From contig OZ244048.1 of NCBI GenBank assembly GCA_965215265.1, forward strand, positions 1,056,001-1,120,000: a stretch of 64,000 nucleotides of DNA, written 5' to 3'. This DNA is from Candidatus Poribacteria bacterium (lineage in GTDB: Bacteria; Poribacteria; WGA-4E; WGA-3G). The notes beneath the pieces are model-generated. The model was not told where the DNA came from, made no database searches, and worked only from the letters and a program-made list of their open reading frames with translations. Below, piece after piece: positions 18,972 to 28,511 of this stretch (within the stretch, counting starts at the first letter, position 1; each line of letters begins with the position of its first letter). The position numbers and the translations under genes are program-made.

Positions 18972-20333
18972 ATGAGGCAAACTACGGCACCAGAGACATC
19001 TAAACAAACACAAAGCAAACGGAAACTCTGGGACCCTTTCTTCAAAGAGTTCCTCGCGCTGCTATTCTCTGGGCTGGGTGCCTCTATAGAGACAGAGATA
19101 GAAGTGAACCGGTTGCCGCAGCGTATAGATGCACTCGCTCTCCTCGAAAGTGCCGCAGCCCGGGCGAGAGTGCGTGCAAATCCGCTGCTCTCTTACTTAC
19201 GCACGTATAATCTGTTCGAGTTCAAAGGGCAAAACGACCCGTTGAATGGTTCGGAGTATCACCGGATTTCTATGCGTGCGTGCGGCTATCTCGCAGCGCA
19301 TAAGGTGCCAGACACGGAAGTTACCTTGACGATAGTGTCTTCTCGGAAGCCGCGGGCACTGCTTACCCACCCGCCTTTTGGGGTATCCTGGGTGCAGCTC
19401 GCCCCTGGACATTATCGGCACCGGGAAGATCTGCCGGTGCATCTATTGGTTTGTAATGAAGTGGAGTTGGTTGAGCCGAATTATTGGTTGCTGCTGTTTG
19501 CGTCGTCGAGGAAACAGTTTCGTGCGTTCCTGCGGCGTGTGATAACAGAAGAGAATACGTTATATTTTGACTCCGCGTTGTATTTGCAGCCGGAAGTCAC
19601 GGAGGAGGTTTGTGAAATGGAAGGACGTCAAGATTTGTTTCAGAGTCGTCTTCGCGAAGTTGCGACGACTTTAGGTCCGAAGCTGCTGTCAGCACTGACA
19701 TCGGAGGAGCGTGCGGACATGCTGTCCCGCTTGAGCCCTCAAGAGCGGGCGGATCTGCTCGCACGGCTGCCCGCTGAAGCCCGCGCAGACATGTTAGCAA
19801 GGTTATCTGCGGCAGAACGGGCTGATATGTTGGCGAGTTTACCCGCCGCAGAACGCGCCGATATGTTGGCGAGTTTACCCGCCGCAGAACGCGCCGATAT
19901 GTTGGCGAGTTTACCCGCCGCAGAACGCGCCGATATGTTGGCGAGTCTACCCGCCGCAGAACGCGCCGATATGTTGGCGAGTCTACCCGCCGCAGAACGC
20001 GCCGATATGTTGGCGAGTCTACCCGCCGCAGAACGGGCTGATATGTTGGCGAGTTTACCCGCCGCAGAACGGGCTGATATGTTGGCGAGTTTACCCGCCG
20101 CAGAACGGGCTGATATGTTGGCGAGTCTACCCGCCGCAGAACGCGCCGATATGTTGGCACGCCTGAGTCCCGATGAGCGCGTCAAAGGACTCACTCCCGA
20201 TGAGCGGTTAGCCGGACTTCGCCCGGCGGAGATTCGGAACTTATCTGCGGCGATGGTTCGGGAGTTGCCCTCGGAGGTGCGGGCAGAGCTCGTCCGGCAG
20301 TTGGTGGCAGCTGACAACCACACTGACATGTAG
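18972..20333 (+). CDS. Rpn/YadD-like PD-(D/E)xK nuclease-fold protein with tandem-repeat C-terminus
   Basis: WDPFFK...EIEV...RID...LFEFK pattern; tail of 12-aa AERADMLASLPA repeats. Confidence 0.75.
   Translation: MRQTTAPETSKQTQSKRKLWDPFFKEFLALLFSGLGASIETEIEVNRLPQRIDALALLESAAARARVRANPLLSYLRTYNLFEFKGQNDPLNGSEYHRISMRACGYLAAHKVPDTEVTLTIVSSRKPRALLTHPPFGVSWVQLAPGHYRHREDLPVHLLVCNEVELVEPNYWLLLFASSRKQFRAFLRRVITEENTLYFDSALYLQPEVTEEVCEMEGRQDLFQSRLREVATTLGPKLLSALTSEERADMLSRLSPQERADLLARLPAEARADMLARLSAAERADMLASLPAAERADMLASLPAAERADMLASLPAAERADMLASLPAAERADMLASLPAAERADMLASLPAAERADMLASLPAAERADMLASLPAAERADMLASLPAAERADMLARLSPDERVKGLTPDERLAGLRPAEIRNLSAAMVRELPSEVRAELVRQLVAADNHTDM
19812..20159 (+). repeat. 36-bp coding tandem repeat (9 full units + 1 partial; 3 degenerate units upstream)
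   Basis: Unit GCAGAACGsGCyGATATGTTGGCGAGTyTACCCGCC; differences between full units are synonymous. Confidence 0.95.
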
Positions 20334-20382
20334 CAGACAACCCGCTTGAAAGGGCATCTGAGTGCGGACGGTAAACTCACAG

Positions 20383-20549
20383 AACGCTGGGCGACGCTTA
20401 AGGCGCAAGAGTAAACTCAGTGAGATGTAAACTAACCTAACCTAATCAGGGGCAGCCACCCTCACATGGCTGCCCCTGGTTTTTTTTGCTTTCAGAGAAG
20501 CACCGAGGCCGCCTTGAGAAGCGAAATCTGGAGACTGCCTTGACAAAAT
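20383..20549 (+). repeat. Direct repeat module, copy 2, with terminator at 20447-20488
   Basis: Same module with 4 imperfect TAACC units; ends at GCCTTGACAAAAT with no -10 box. Confidence 0.9.
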
Positions 20550-20954
20550 CTGATGGGCGATATCGTATCGGCGCGCGGCTATGCCGATACCGTCTGCTTG
20601 GATATTGATGTCGAAGACTCCGCCGTGTTTACGCTCTGTTTTAAGAGTGGAGCGCATGCAGTGGCGAACATTAACTGGAATGTGGGCTTCTCAGTGGACG
20701 CGATTGAAGTCTACGGCACCGAAGGATGTCTCCGTTGCGAGTCCCTGAATAGGGGCGACTTGACGCATGAGAACTCAGGCACTCAAGCCAGTTTGACAGA
20801 CCTGCACCAACTCCCTCTCCCTCACACGCACACGGGACTTGTGCAAGACTTTGTCCATCACCTTAACACTGGCGAGGCGATCCGTTGCTCAGGCGAGGCG
20901 GGTGTAAAAACAAATGCCATCATTGAACAGATCTACGCAGATTCCCGGCTGTAA
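20550..20954 (+). pseudogene. 5'-truncated Gfo/Idh/MocA oxidoreductase (C-terminal part only)
   Basis: LMGDIVSARG...VEDSA...IEVYGTEG...SGEAG; no Rossmann N-terminus; begins at the repeat end. Confidence 0.7.
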
Positions 20955-20991
20955 AATACTGTGCTATTATCCTTAATTCGGTATTAGTTAC

Positions 20992-21174
20992 TTACGAGGC
21001 GATCCGTTCGGATTCCAACGCCAACCATTCTCCATAACCGCGCGGCATCTCCGCAGGCGGTTCTAATCCGGCTTCTTCGTGCCACCGGAGCAAAGGGTGC
21101 CGCCGGTCTGTTTGTGGTAGTTCGACCTGCCTACCATACGCCGCAGATTCAAAGATACCCATCATCATCTCAAT
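20992..21174 (-). pseudogene. C-terminal tail fragment of a second Gfo/Idh/MocA-like oxidoreductase
   Basis: Manual translation IEMMMGIFESAAYGRQVELPQTDRRHPLLRW...; compare LEIMLAIYES...VTMPM in 55599-56663. Confidence 0.55.
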
Positions 21175-24100
21175 TAGTGGTGACGTGCTGCCGTAGACGA
21201 AAAAAGTTCCCGACGTAGGAATTGTGCCGTATGCGAATCGTGCACGGTTGAAACCTCCTCCGGTGTACCGCTCGCGACAAGGTAACCGCCCCCTTTACTG
21301 CCCTCGGGTCCCAAGTCAAGAATCCAATCTGCCGATTTGATAACGTCCATGTTATGTTCGACGGCAATAATGGTGTTGCCTGCATCAACCAGCCGGTTGA
21401 GCACCTTGAGCAATTTCTGCACGTCGTCAAAATGCAGTCCTGTCGTGGGTTCATCCATGATATAGAGTGTCTCCGCGGCGTGTCTGCGCGAGAGCTCTTT
21501 GGCGAGTTTGATTCGCTGTGCTTCTCCGCACGAGAGCGTGGGTGCGGATTGTCCCAACTGGATATACTCCAAACCAACGTCCGCTAGCGTCTGGAGTGGA
21601 TGCTGAATCTTCTTAATATCTCTGAAGAGATGAAGTGCCTCTTGCACCGTCAATTGGAGAACCTCGGCGATGTTTTTTCCTTTGTAGCGTACGGAGAGCG
21701 TTTCAGCATTGTAACCGGTACTACCGCATGTCTCGCAGGGCACCCACACATCTGGCAAGAAGTGCATCTCAATCCGGAGGTAGCGGTGCCCATCACAGTC
21801 AGGACACTGACCATAGTTCAGATTGAAACTGAACCGACTTATATTAAACCCTCGTACTTTCGCATCCGGTAACGTTGCGAACAATTCGCGAATGTGTGTA
21901 AATACCTCGGTGTAAGTTGCTGGATTTGAGCGCGGGGTCTCGCCAATCGGTTTCCCATCCACGTTGATAAGTCGTCGAATGTTGCTTGCTCCCTTGATGC
22001 GTTGATAATTCGGCTTTTCGTCTATCTCCGTACCATCATCGCGTTTGTTTTGATGGCTCGTGTGTAAATCTCGTCGGAGCCCTTCGATATTTAGATTCAT
22101 TACATCTGATGTAATGTGCTGCGGTATACAAGAAAGTGCTGGGCGAAGCGTGCCATCGACAAGCGAACTTTTCCCAGACCCGGAAACGCCTGTCACGCAA
22201 ATTAACGTGCCAAGCGGCATCTTTACATCAATATCTTTCAGGTTGTTGGTTCGGGCACCTAACAATTCCAACCATTTTCCGTTGCCTTTCCGTCGGACCG
22301 ACGGCACCGGAATCTGCTTCGCATTGGAGAGATAGGCATGTGTTAAAGAGGTTCCTACCTTTTTTGCTCCGTTTTCAACGGTATCTGCTTTTTCGTATAT
22401 GTCAGCCCTATCAACGGTTGATGTTTTTTCGTATATTTCCGTACCATCATCGCTGATGTTTTGATGGCTTGTGTGTAAATCTCGTTCTTTCGTATCTTTC
22501 AGCCCATCAACGTCTGATGTTTTGCTATCCGTTGTACAAATCTCGCCAGAGCCATTCGAGTTTGAATCTAAACATCGGGACCCTCCGACGAGATTTGTAG
22601 TGGGTTGAACACTACAACTGCCTTTGTTGTGCAGCGATATACTAAAAGAGGTTTCTTGACTAAATGCGTGTGGTGTACCTATTGCAACAATTTCGCCGCC
22701 ATGTTCGCCTGCTCCAGGTCCGAAATCAATAATATGGTCTGCGGCTAAGATGGTGTTCCTATCGTGTTCAACAATTAGAACGTTGTTTCCGATGTCACGG
22801 AGGGACTTCATGGCCGAAATAAGCCGCTCCTGGTCTCGTGGATGCAGGCCGATGCTGGGTTCATCAAGGATGTAAGTAACGCCTGTCAACCCACTCCCGA
22901 GTTGGCTGGCGAGCCGGATACGCCGGATTTCACCTCCGGAAAGCGTGGGCGCGGGCCGATCTAACTCCAAATAGCCGAGGCCTATATCCTCAAGAAACTG
23001 GAGCCGCCTCACGGTTTGAGAGAGCAGTTCTGCCTCAAACTCAGGTGACGTGTAGCCGTGGAGGGTTGTATGTGTTGCTCTGGATGTTGCGGGACCCGTT
23101 AGCGGCTGACCTTGTTTTTCGTATATTTCCGTAGCATCACCGCTGAGGTTTTCTCTGTTTAGATTCATATTAATCTGCCTAATACGCCGGGTGAAGAAAG
23201 AAATAATCTCCGTAATTGGTAAGGCCATCAATTCAGCAATGGTTTTGTCAGAGAACATGACAACACTTGGAAAGGGTTGGAGTCGAGTTCCTTCGCAAGC
23301 AGAACAAACCTTGTGGCTACCGGCAATAGGAGAGTGTCCGCGCCCATCGCATTCAGTGCATGCGCCGATTTTGTTGTTAAAAGAGAAGTGCCGAGGCGTG
23401 AGTTGTGGAAAATTTTCACCGCACGATGTACACATCGCGTGCTCACTAAAGAAATATCGCATGGGTGGTTTGCCACGACTTGTAGAACGATTTCTTTCTT
23501 GCACTTTTTGGAAACAGATGAACCCTTCGCTTTGCAGGAGTGCCAATTCGACCGCTTCGGCGAGCCTGCTTTTTTCCTCATCCACAAGTTCCAGCCTGTC
23601 AATAACGAGGAAGATTTCGTGGTGTCTCCGTTTGTCAAGTTTCGGTGCTTCATCTAGGCGATGCATTTTGCCATTAATCAGGGCACGTACGAATCCTGCC
23701 TTTTGCAGCCGCCGGAATGCATCGATGAAATTCTCACTCCCTTTTAAGAGGCGTTCGATACGCGTGCCGCCGGCGAAATGTGTCATCGGAGCAAGCACAT
23801 CAATCCGCTGTTGATGCATGCTTTCAAAGACTGAGGTTGCAATCTGTTCTGCGGTCTGTGGTTGTACCACTTCGAGGCAATTCGGGCAATGTGGTACGCC
23901 CCAGCGTGCGTAAAGGGATCGGAGCCGATCGTGAATGTCGGTGATTGTCGCGACGGTAGAGCGTGGATTTTGGCTGGGGCTATCGTGTGAGATGGCAATA
24001 GCTGGGGAGAGCCCGTCAATGCTTTTAACCTTCGGTTTCTCCATCTGCCCGATGAATTGCCTAGCGTACGTATTGAGGGTTTCAATATAGCGACGTTGCC

Positions 24101-27100
24101 CTTCGGCATACAATGTATCCAACGCAAGCGATGTTTTGCCGGAGCCGCTGACCCCAGTAAAAGCAGTGAGTGTAAGGTGCGGGATGTCAATGTCAATCTG
24201 TTTGAGATTATTTTGTTCGGCCCCGCGTACGGTAATCATATTTTCGTCTTTTTCGTCTATCTCGGTACCGTCAATGTTTATGTTTTGATTCGGTGGACTG
24301 CCCGATTTTTCAAATTCACCACGGAGTGCTTGTCCGGTGTAAGAGTCTGGAACCTGGGCGAGTTGTTCAGGCGTACCAACAGCGACGATGGTTCCGCCGT
24401 TGGCACCTCCTTCGGGTCCCAAGTCTAGAAGATAATCAGCTGAATTAATGACTTCAAGATTGTGTTCAACAACGAGCACCGTATTGCCTGCATCAACGAG
24501 CCGGTGGAGGATGCGCAACAACTTATTGACATCATCAAAGTGCAACCCGGTGGTCGGTTCATCCAGCAGATAGAATGTTTTACCGGTGCTGCGCTTAGAA
24601 AGCTCACGGGCGAGTTTGATGCGTTGGGCTTCACCGCCGGAAAGTGTGGGTGCCGGCTGTCCCAATTTTATGTAATCTAATCCAACATCGTGGAGGAGTT
24701 GTAACGTTCTGGCAATTTTAGGAATATCAGCGAAATGGGCGAGCGCAACATCAACATCCATTTCGAGGACATCGGCGATACTTTTCTGTTTGTATTTTAC
24801 GGTGAGCGTCTCGCTATTGTATCGTCTACCTTCACATACGTCACATGCAACCCAGACATCAGCAAGTACCCCCATGTCAACCTGCTTGGCACCATTGCCT
24901 TTACATACCTCACACCTGCCTCCCGGTACGTTAAAGCTAAACCGCCCTGGTTTGTATCCACGCCATTTAGATTCCGGCAGTCCGGCGTAAAACGAACGGA
25001 TTGCATCAAACACTTTGGTGTAAGTCGCGGGATTTGAGCGGGGTGTCCGCCCGATGGGTGCCATGTCAATATTGATGATTTTGTCAATCACATCTGATAT
25101 CGGAACAGTCTTTCCGTCAATGATACCTTGGATGTCACGGTAGGCCCCCGGCACCGTCTTGGCGCGCATCAGGTCGCGGGCGAGGGCGTTATAGACAATA
25201 TCATGGACCAGCGAACTCTTTCCGGAGCCGCTGACACCTGTCACACAGCAGAATGTCCCAATAGGTATCTTCGGACTGATCGATTTCAGATTGTTTTGAC
25301 AAGCATCTCGGATATGCACCCACCGCGTCCCTGTAGTTCTGCGGGATTCGTTTTTGACAATCTGTTTATCCCCGCGCAGGTATTGTGCTGTGAGCGAATC
25401 ACTCTCTTTAAGGATTTGTGCGGGCGTTCCCATGGCTGTGATTTGTCCGCCTTGAACACCGGCCTTCGGACCGAAATCAACTATCCAATCGGCGATTAAC
25501 ATGGTGGCTTCGTCGTGTTCAACGACAATGACTGTGTTGCCCTGGTCGCGGAGTTTGCTAAGTGTTGTGAGCAGTCCTGCGTGGTCACGTGGGTGTAAAC
25601 CGATGCTAGGTTCATCAAGAACATAGATGACATCGCGTAACCCTGCGCCGACTTGGCTGGCAAGCCGGATACGTTGGGCCTCTCCGCCAGAAAGCGTGGG
25701 TGCGGAACGTGATAAAGTGAGATAGCCTAACCCGACATCCATCAGGAATTTGAGACGCCCACGAATCTCTTTTAGCAATTCGGCTGCGATAAATGCCTCA
25801 CGCTCAGGAAGTTGAAGCGTTTCAAAGAAAGGTGCGGCTTCTTCAATGGACATTTGTAGGACATCCGTAATTGCTTTGCCGTTTAGGGTTATCGTGCTAA
25901 CTCTAGGATTGAGTCTGCTACCGTTACAAGCTCGACACGGCATTTTCGCAAAAAAGTCGGGAAGGGATCCTTCTTGGATCGATGCATATTGTTCCTCATG
26001 CGCTGGGATGACACCTTGAAACCTGCCGCGATACCTTCGCCGTTTATGGCTTCCTTGTGAAGGTCTCGAAAAAGATAAGACAGTGTCACCCGTACCGTAA
26101 AGTATCGCGTGCTGTTGCTCAGGACTGAGTTCTTTCCAAGTGGTATTAATATTAAATTTGAGATGCTTGGCGAGCGTACGAAGGATGGCCAGATGCTGGG
26201 CATCTAATTTTCCCCAGAGCGTTATGGCTCCTTGTGGAATGGAGAGTGTTTCATCGGGGATAATTAAGGCTGGGGAGATGCCCATCAATGTCCCCAATCC
26301 GGTGCATTCAGGGCACATTCCTTGGGGCGTATTGAATGAGAAATGGCGTGGTTCTGGAATTTCATAACTGGCCTGACACTGGGCACAGGCGTATGCTGTA
26401 CTGAATAACTCATCTCTACCTCTTAAGTCGCTTTTTTCGTATATTTCCGTACCATCATCGCTGATGTTTTGCTGATTCGTGTGTAAATCTCGTCGCCCGC
26501 CCACCCAAATCCTCTCTCTGTTTTGATTCACATTTTCGTCTTTAGGGGGCATGATGTGAACAATGAGGTTTCCATCACCTATGTTCAAAGCGGTTTCAAC
26601 GGCTTCAGCGACACGACTCTCAATTGCAGAGGTAGTTTCTCTGTTTGCATGTTTGAGGATAAGCCTATCAACAACGATGTCAATATCGTGCCGTTGATTC
26701 GGGTTCAGGCGAAGTTCAGTTCCAATTTCATGCATCTCGCCGTCAATGCGAGCTCTCACAAATCCTGCTTTTCGAGCATCATCAAGTTCTTTGTTATGGG
26801 TACCGCGGCGTGCGCGAATGATAGGTGCCAAGATGAGGAGCCGGGTCCGGGCAGGAAAGTTGAGGATGTGTGCAGCAATATCTGCGCCGGTTTGTGAGCC
26901 GACAGGCTCACCACATTCCGGGCAGTGGAATTTTCCAACACGCGCAAATAAAACACGCAGGTAATCGTAAATTTCTGTCACGGTGGCAACCGTGGAACGC
27001 GGATTATGTGCTGTTGAACCTTGGTCAATAGCAATGGATGGAGCCAAGCCGATAATTTTGTCAACCTCTGGTTTAGCGAGCTGCCCTAAAAATTGTCGAG

Positions 27101-27380
27101 CATACGCTGATAGCGATTCTATGTACCGGCGCTGTCCTTCGGCATAAATGGTATCAATAGCTAAGGAAGATTTGCCAGAACCGCTAACCCCTGTAAAGAC
27201 AATCAACTTCCCTTTTGGAAGTTCAATATCAATATTTTGTAGATTGTGCTCTCGCGCCCCCTGTATTTTTATATATTTCCGTTTTTCGTATATTTCCGTA
27301 CCATCATCGCTGATGTTTTGATGGCTCGTGTGTAAATCTCGTCGCCCGCCCACCCAAATCCTCTCTCTGTTTTGATTCAT
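21174..27380 (-). CDS. uvrA: Excinuclease ABC subunit A, double-length (two fused UvrA units) with repeat-derived inserts
   Basis: Four GVSGSGK[ST] Walker A motifs, four LS[GC]GE signatures, zinc fingers, RSNPATYT twice. Confidence 0.95.
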   Translation of the reverse strand: MNQNRERIWVGGRRDLHTSHQNISDDGTEIYEKRKYIKIQGAREHNLQNIDIELPKGKLIVFTGVSGSGKSSLAIDTIYAEGQRRYIESLSAYARQFLGQLAKPEVDKIIGLAPSIAIDQGSTAHNPRSTVATVTEIYDYLRVLFARVGKFHCPECGEPVGSQTGADIAAHILNFPARTRLLILAPIIRARRGTHNKELDDARKAGFVRARIDGEMHEIGTELRLNPNQRHDIDIVVDRLILKHANRETTSAIESRVAEAVETALNIGDGNLIVHIMPPKDENVNQNRERIWVGGRRDLHTNQQNISDDGTEIYEKSDLRGRDELFSTAYACAQCQASYEIPEPRHFSFNTPQGMCPECTGLGTLMGISPALIIPDETLSIPQGAITLWGKLDAQHLAILRTLAKHLKFNINTTWKELSPEQQHAILYGTGDTVLSFSRPSQGSHKRRRYRGRFQGVIPAHEEQYASIQEGSLPDFFAKMPCRACNGSRLNPRVSTITLNGKAITDVLQMSIEEAAPFFETLQLPEREAFIAAELLKEIRGRLKFLMDVGLGYLTLSRSAPTLSGGEAQRIRLASQVGAGLRDVIYVLDEPSIGLHPRDHAGLLTTLSKLRDQGNTVIVVEHDEATMLIADWIVDFGPKAGVQGGQITAMGTPAQILKESDSLTAQYLRGDKQIVKNESRRTTGTRWVHIRDACQNNLKSISPKIPIGTFCCVTGVSGSGKSSLVHDIVYNALARDLMRAKTVPGAYRDIQGIIDGKTVPISDVIDKIINIDMAPIGRTPRSNPATYTKVFDAIRSFYAGLPESKWRGYKPGRFSFNVPGGRCEVCKGNGAKQVDMGVLADVWVACDVCEGRRYNSETLTVKYKQKSIADVLEMDVDVALAHFADIPKIARTLQLLHDVGLDYIKLGQPAPTLSGGEAQRIKLARELSKRSTGKTFYLLDEPTTGLHFDDVNKLLRILHRLVDAGNTVLVVEHNLEVINSADYLLDLGPEGGANGGTIVAVGTPEQLAQVPDSYTGQALRGEFEKSGSPPNQNINIDGTEIDEKDENMITVRGAEQNNLKQIDIDIPHLTLTAFTGVSGSGKTSLALDTLYAEGQRRYIETLNTYARQFIGQMEKPKVKSIDGLSPAIAISHDSPSQNPRSTVATITDIHDRLRSLYARWGVPHCPNCLEVVQPQTAEQIATSVFESMHQQRIDVLAPMTHFAGGTRIERLLKGSENFIDAFRRLQKAGFVRALINGKMHRLDEAPKLDKRRHHEIFLVIDRLELVDEEKSRLAEAVELALLQSEGFICFQKVQERNRSTSRGKPPMRYFFSEHAMCTSCGENFPQLTPRHFSFNNKIGACTECDGRGHSPIAGSHKVCSACEGTRLQPFPSVVMFSDKTIAELMALPITEIISFFTRRIRQINMNLNRENLSGDATEIYEKQGQPLTGPATSRATHTTLHGYTSPEFEAELLSQTVRRLQFLEDIGLGYLELDRPAPTLSGGEIRRIRLASQLGSGLTGVTYILDEPSIGLHPRDQERLISAMKSLRDIGNNVLIVEHDRNTILAADHIIDFGPGAGEHGGEIVAIGTPHAFSQETSFSISLHNKGSCSVQPTTNLVGGSRCLDSNSNGSGEICTTDSKTSDVDGLKDTKERDLHTSHQNISDDGTEIYEKTSTVDRADIYEKADTVENGAKKVGTSLTHAYLSNAKQIPVPSVRRKGNGKWLELLGARTNNLKDIDVKMPLGTLICVTGVSGSGKSSLVDGTLRPALSCIPQHITSDVMNLNIEGLRRDLHTSHQNKRDDGTEIDEKPNYQRIKGASNIRRLINVDGKPIGETPRSNPATYTEVFTHIRELFATLPDAKVRGFNISRFSFNLNYGQCPDCDGHRYLRIEMHFLPDVWVPCETCGSTGYNAETLSVRYKGKNIAEVLQLTVQEALHLFRDIKKIQHPLQTLADVGLEYIQLGQSAPTLSCGEAQRIKLAKELSRRHAAETLYIMDEPTTGLHFDDVQKLLKVLNRLVDAGNTIIAVEHNMDVIKSADWILDLGPEGSKGGGYLVASGTPEEVSTVHDSHTAQFLRRELFSSTAARHH

Positions 27381-27381
27381 A

Positions 27382-27602
27382 TTTTTATATATCTCCGTAC
27401 CATCTTTTTGTATATCTTGGTACCATCACCGCTTATGTCTTGTTTCATCGTGTGTAAATCTCGTCGGAGGTTAGCTAGGTAATGTCTTTAAAATCGTAGA
27501 CATAAACGGCTCCGACGAGATTTTCACAGGTTTTTATATAGCAGCAGCCTTTATTGGGCTCCTGTAGACAAAAGACCTTTATTGGGCTCCTGTATATGAA
27601 AA
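27382..27602. repeat. Family A palindromic doublet element (full unit ~27405-27574) with duplicated ends
   Basis: Outer TTTTTGTATA...TAGACAAAA; inner inverted repeat AAATCTCGTCGGAG/CTCCGACGAGATTT. Confidence 0.85.
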
Positions 27603-28511
27603 ATCTTTGAGTTTACGCGGATCTTTTCGCCAATCGGCTTTGACAGTGACATAAAGTTGCAAAAAAACATGGGTATCCAAAAATTTTTCAATATCGGACC
27701 GGGCGAGTTCCCCGACACGTTTAATCACCCTGCCGGCTTTTCCGATGATAATTTGCTTTTGCGTCTGTCGTTCGACATAGACAATAGCCCGGATATACAC
27801 AGTTGCATTCTCGCGCCTGGTGCATTGCTCAACAACAACAGCTGTCGCGTATGGAACTTCTCGCTGCGTGAGCAGCATAATTTTTTCTCGTACGGTCTCA
27901 GCGATGAAAAAACGTTCTGGTAAATCGCTGAGGTGTTCTTCTGGAAAATAGCGTGGCCCCGGCGGTAGTTGAATATGTACGTGCTCAAGGAGGCGAGGGA
28001 TACCGTCACCCGTACGCGCGGAAATGGGTATCATTTCCTTGAATGCAAATTTCTTGGCGTAACTTGCTATGATCGGGAGCAACGTCTCTTTTGAAATTAA
28101 ATCGACTTTGTTCATGGCCAAAATTGCAGGGTGCTTCGCGCTGCGTAGACGTGCTAACATCTGCTCTTCATCGGCAGCTTCTGGTCGGGCAACATCAATT
28201 ACGCAAAGGACTACATCGGCACCTGCTAAAGCACTATAAGCGGTTTTTACCATTTCACTTTGCAACCGGTAAGTTGGATGCATCAGCCCGGGGGTATCAA
28301 CAAAAATGATTTGGTAGGATTCTGTTGTAACAATTCCGCGTATCTGGTTCCGAGTTGTCTGCGGTTTTGGGGTGACAATCGCCAGTTTCTGCCCTAATAG
28401 CGCATTGAGGAGTGTTGATTTACCGACATTAGGTGCCCCGATGATGCTGACATAGCCGGATCTGAATTCTTTCGTATATTTAAGCACGTTACCACCTGAT
28501 GTTTTTAGCAT
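27579..28511 (-). CDS. era: GTPase Era
   Basis: GAPNVGKSTL, KPQTTR, DTPG, NKVD, KH domain IIIGKAG. Confidence 0.96.
   Translation of the reverse strand: MLKTSGGNVLKYTKEFRSGYVSIIGAPNVGKSTLLNALLGQKLAIVTPKPQTTRNQIRGIVTTESYQIIFVDTPGLMHPTYRLQSEMVKTAYSALAGADVVLCVIDVARPEAADEEQMLARLRSAKHPAILAMNKVDLISKETLLPIIASYAKKFAFKEMIPISARTGDGIPRLLEHVHIQLPPGPRYFPEEHLSDLPERFFIAETVREKIMLLTQREVPYATAVVVEQCTRRENATVYIRAIVYVERQTQKQIIIGKAGRVIKRVGELARSDIEKFLDTHVFLQLYVTVKADWRKDPRKLKDFSYTGAQ

Noticed and set aside
19812-20159. 36-bp repeats as a CRISPR array
   Set aside because: Head-to-tail with no spacers, in frame with synonymous variation, and no cas genes in the window.
19597-20380. Minus-strand repeat ORFs (187 and 213 aa)
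   Set aside because: Artefacts of a stop-free tandem repeat; the + frame has a promoter, RBS and nuclease-like domain.
18743-20549. Direct repeats as integron attC sites or IS ends
   Set aside because: No attC R-box symmetry, integrase or transposase seen; the repeats are direct and contain a terminator.
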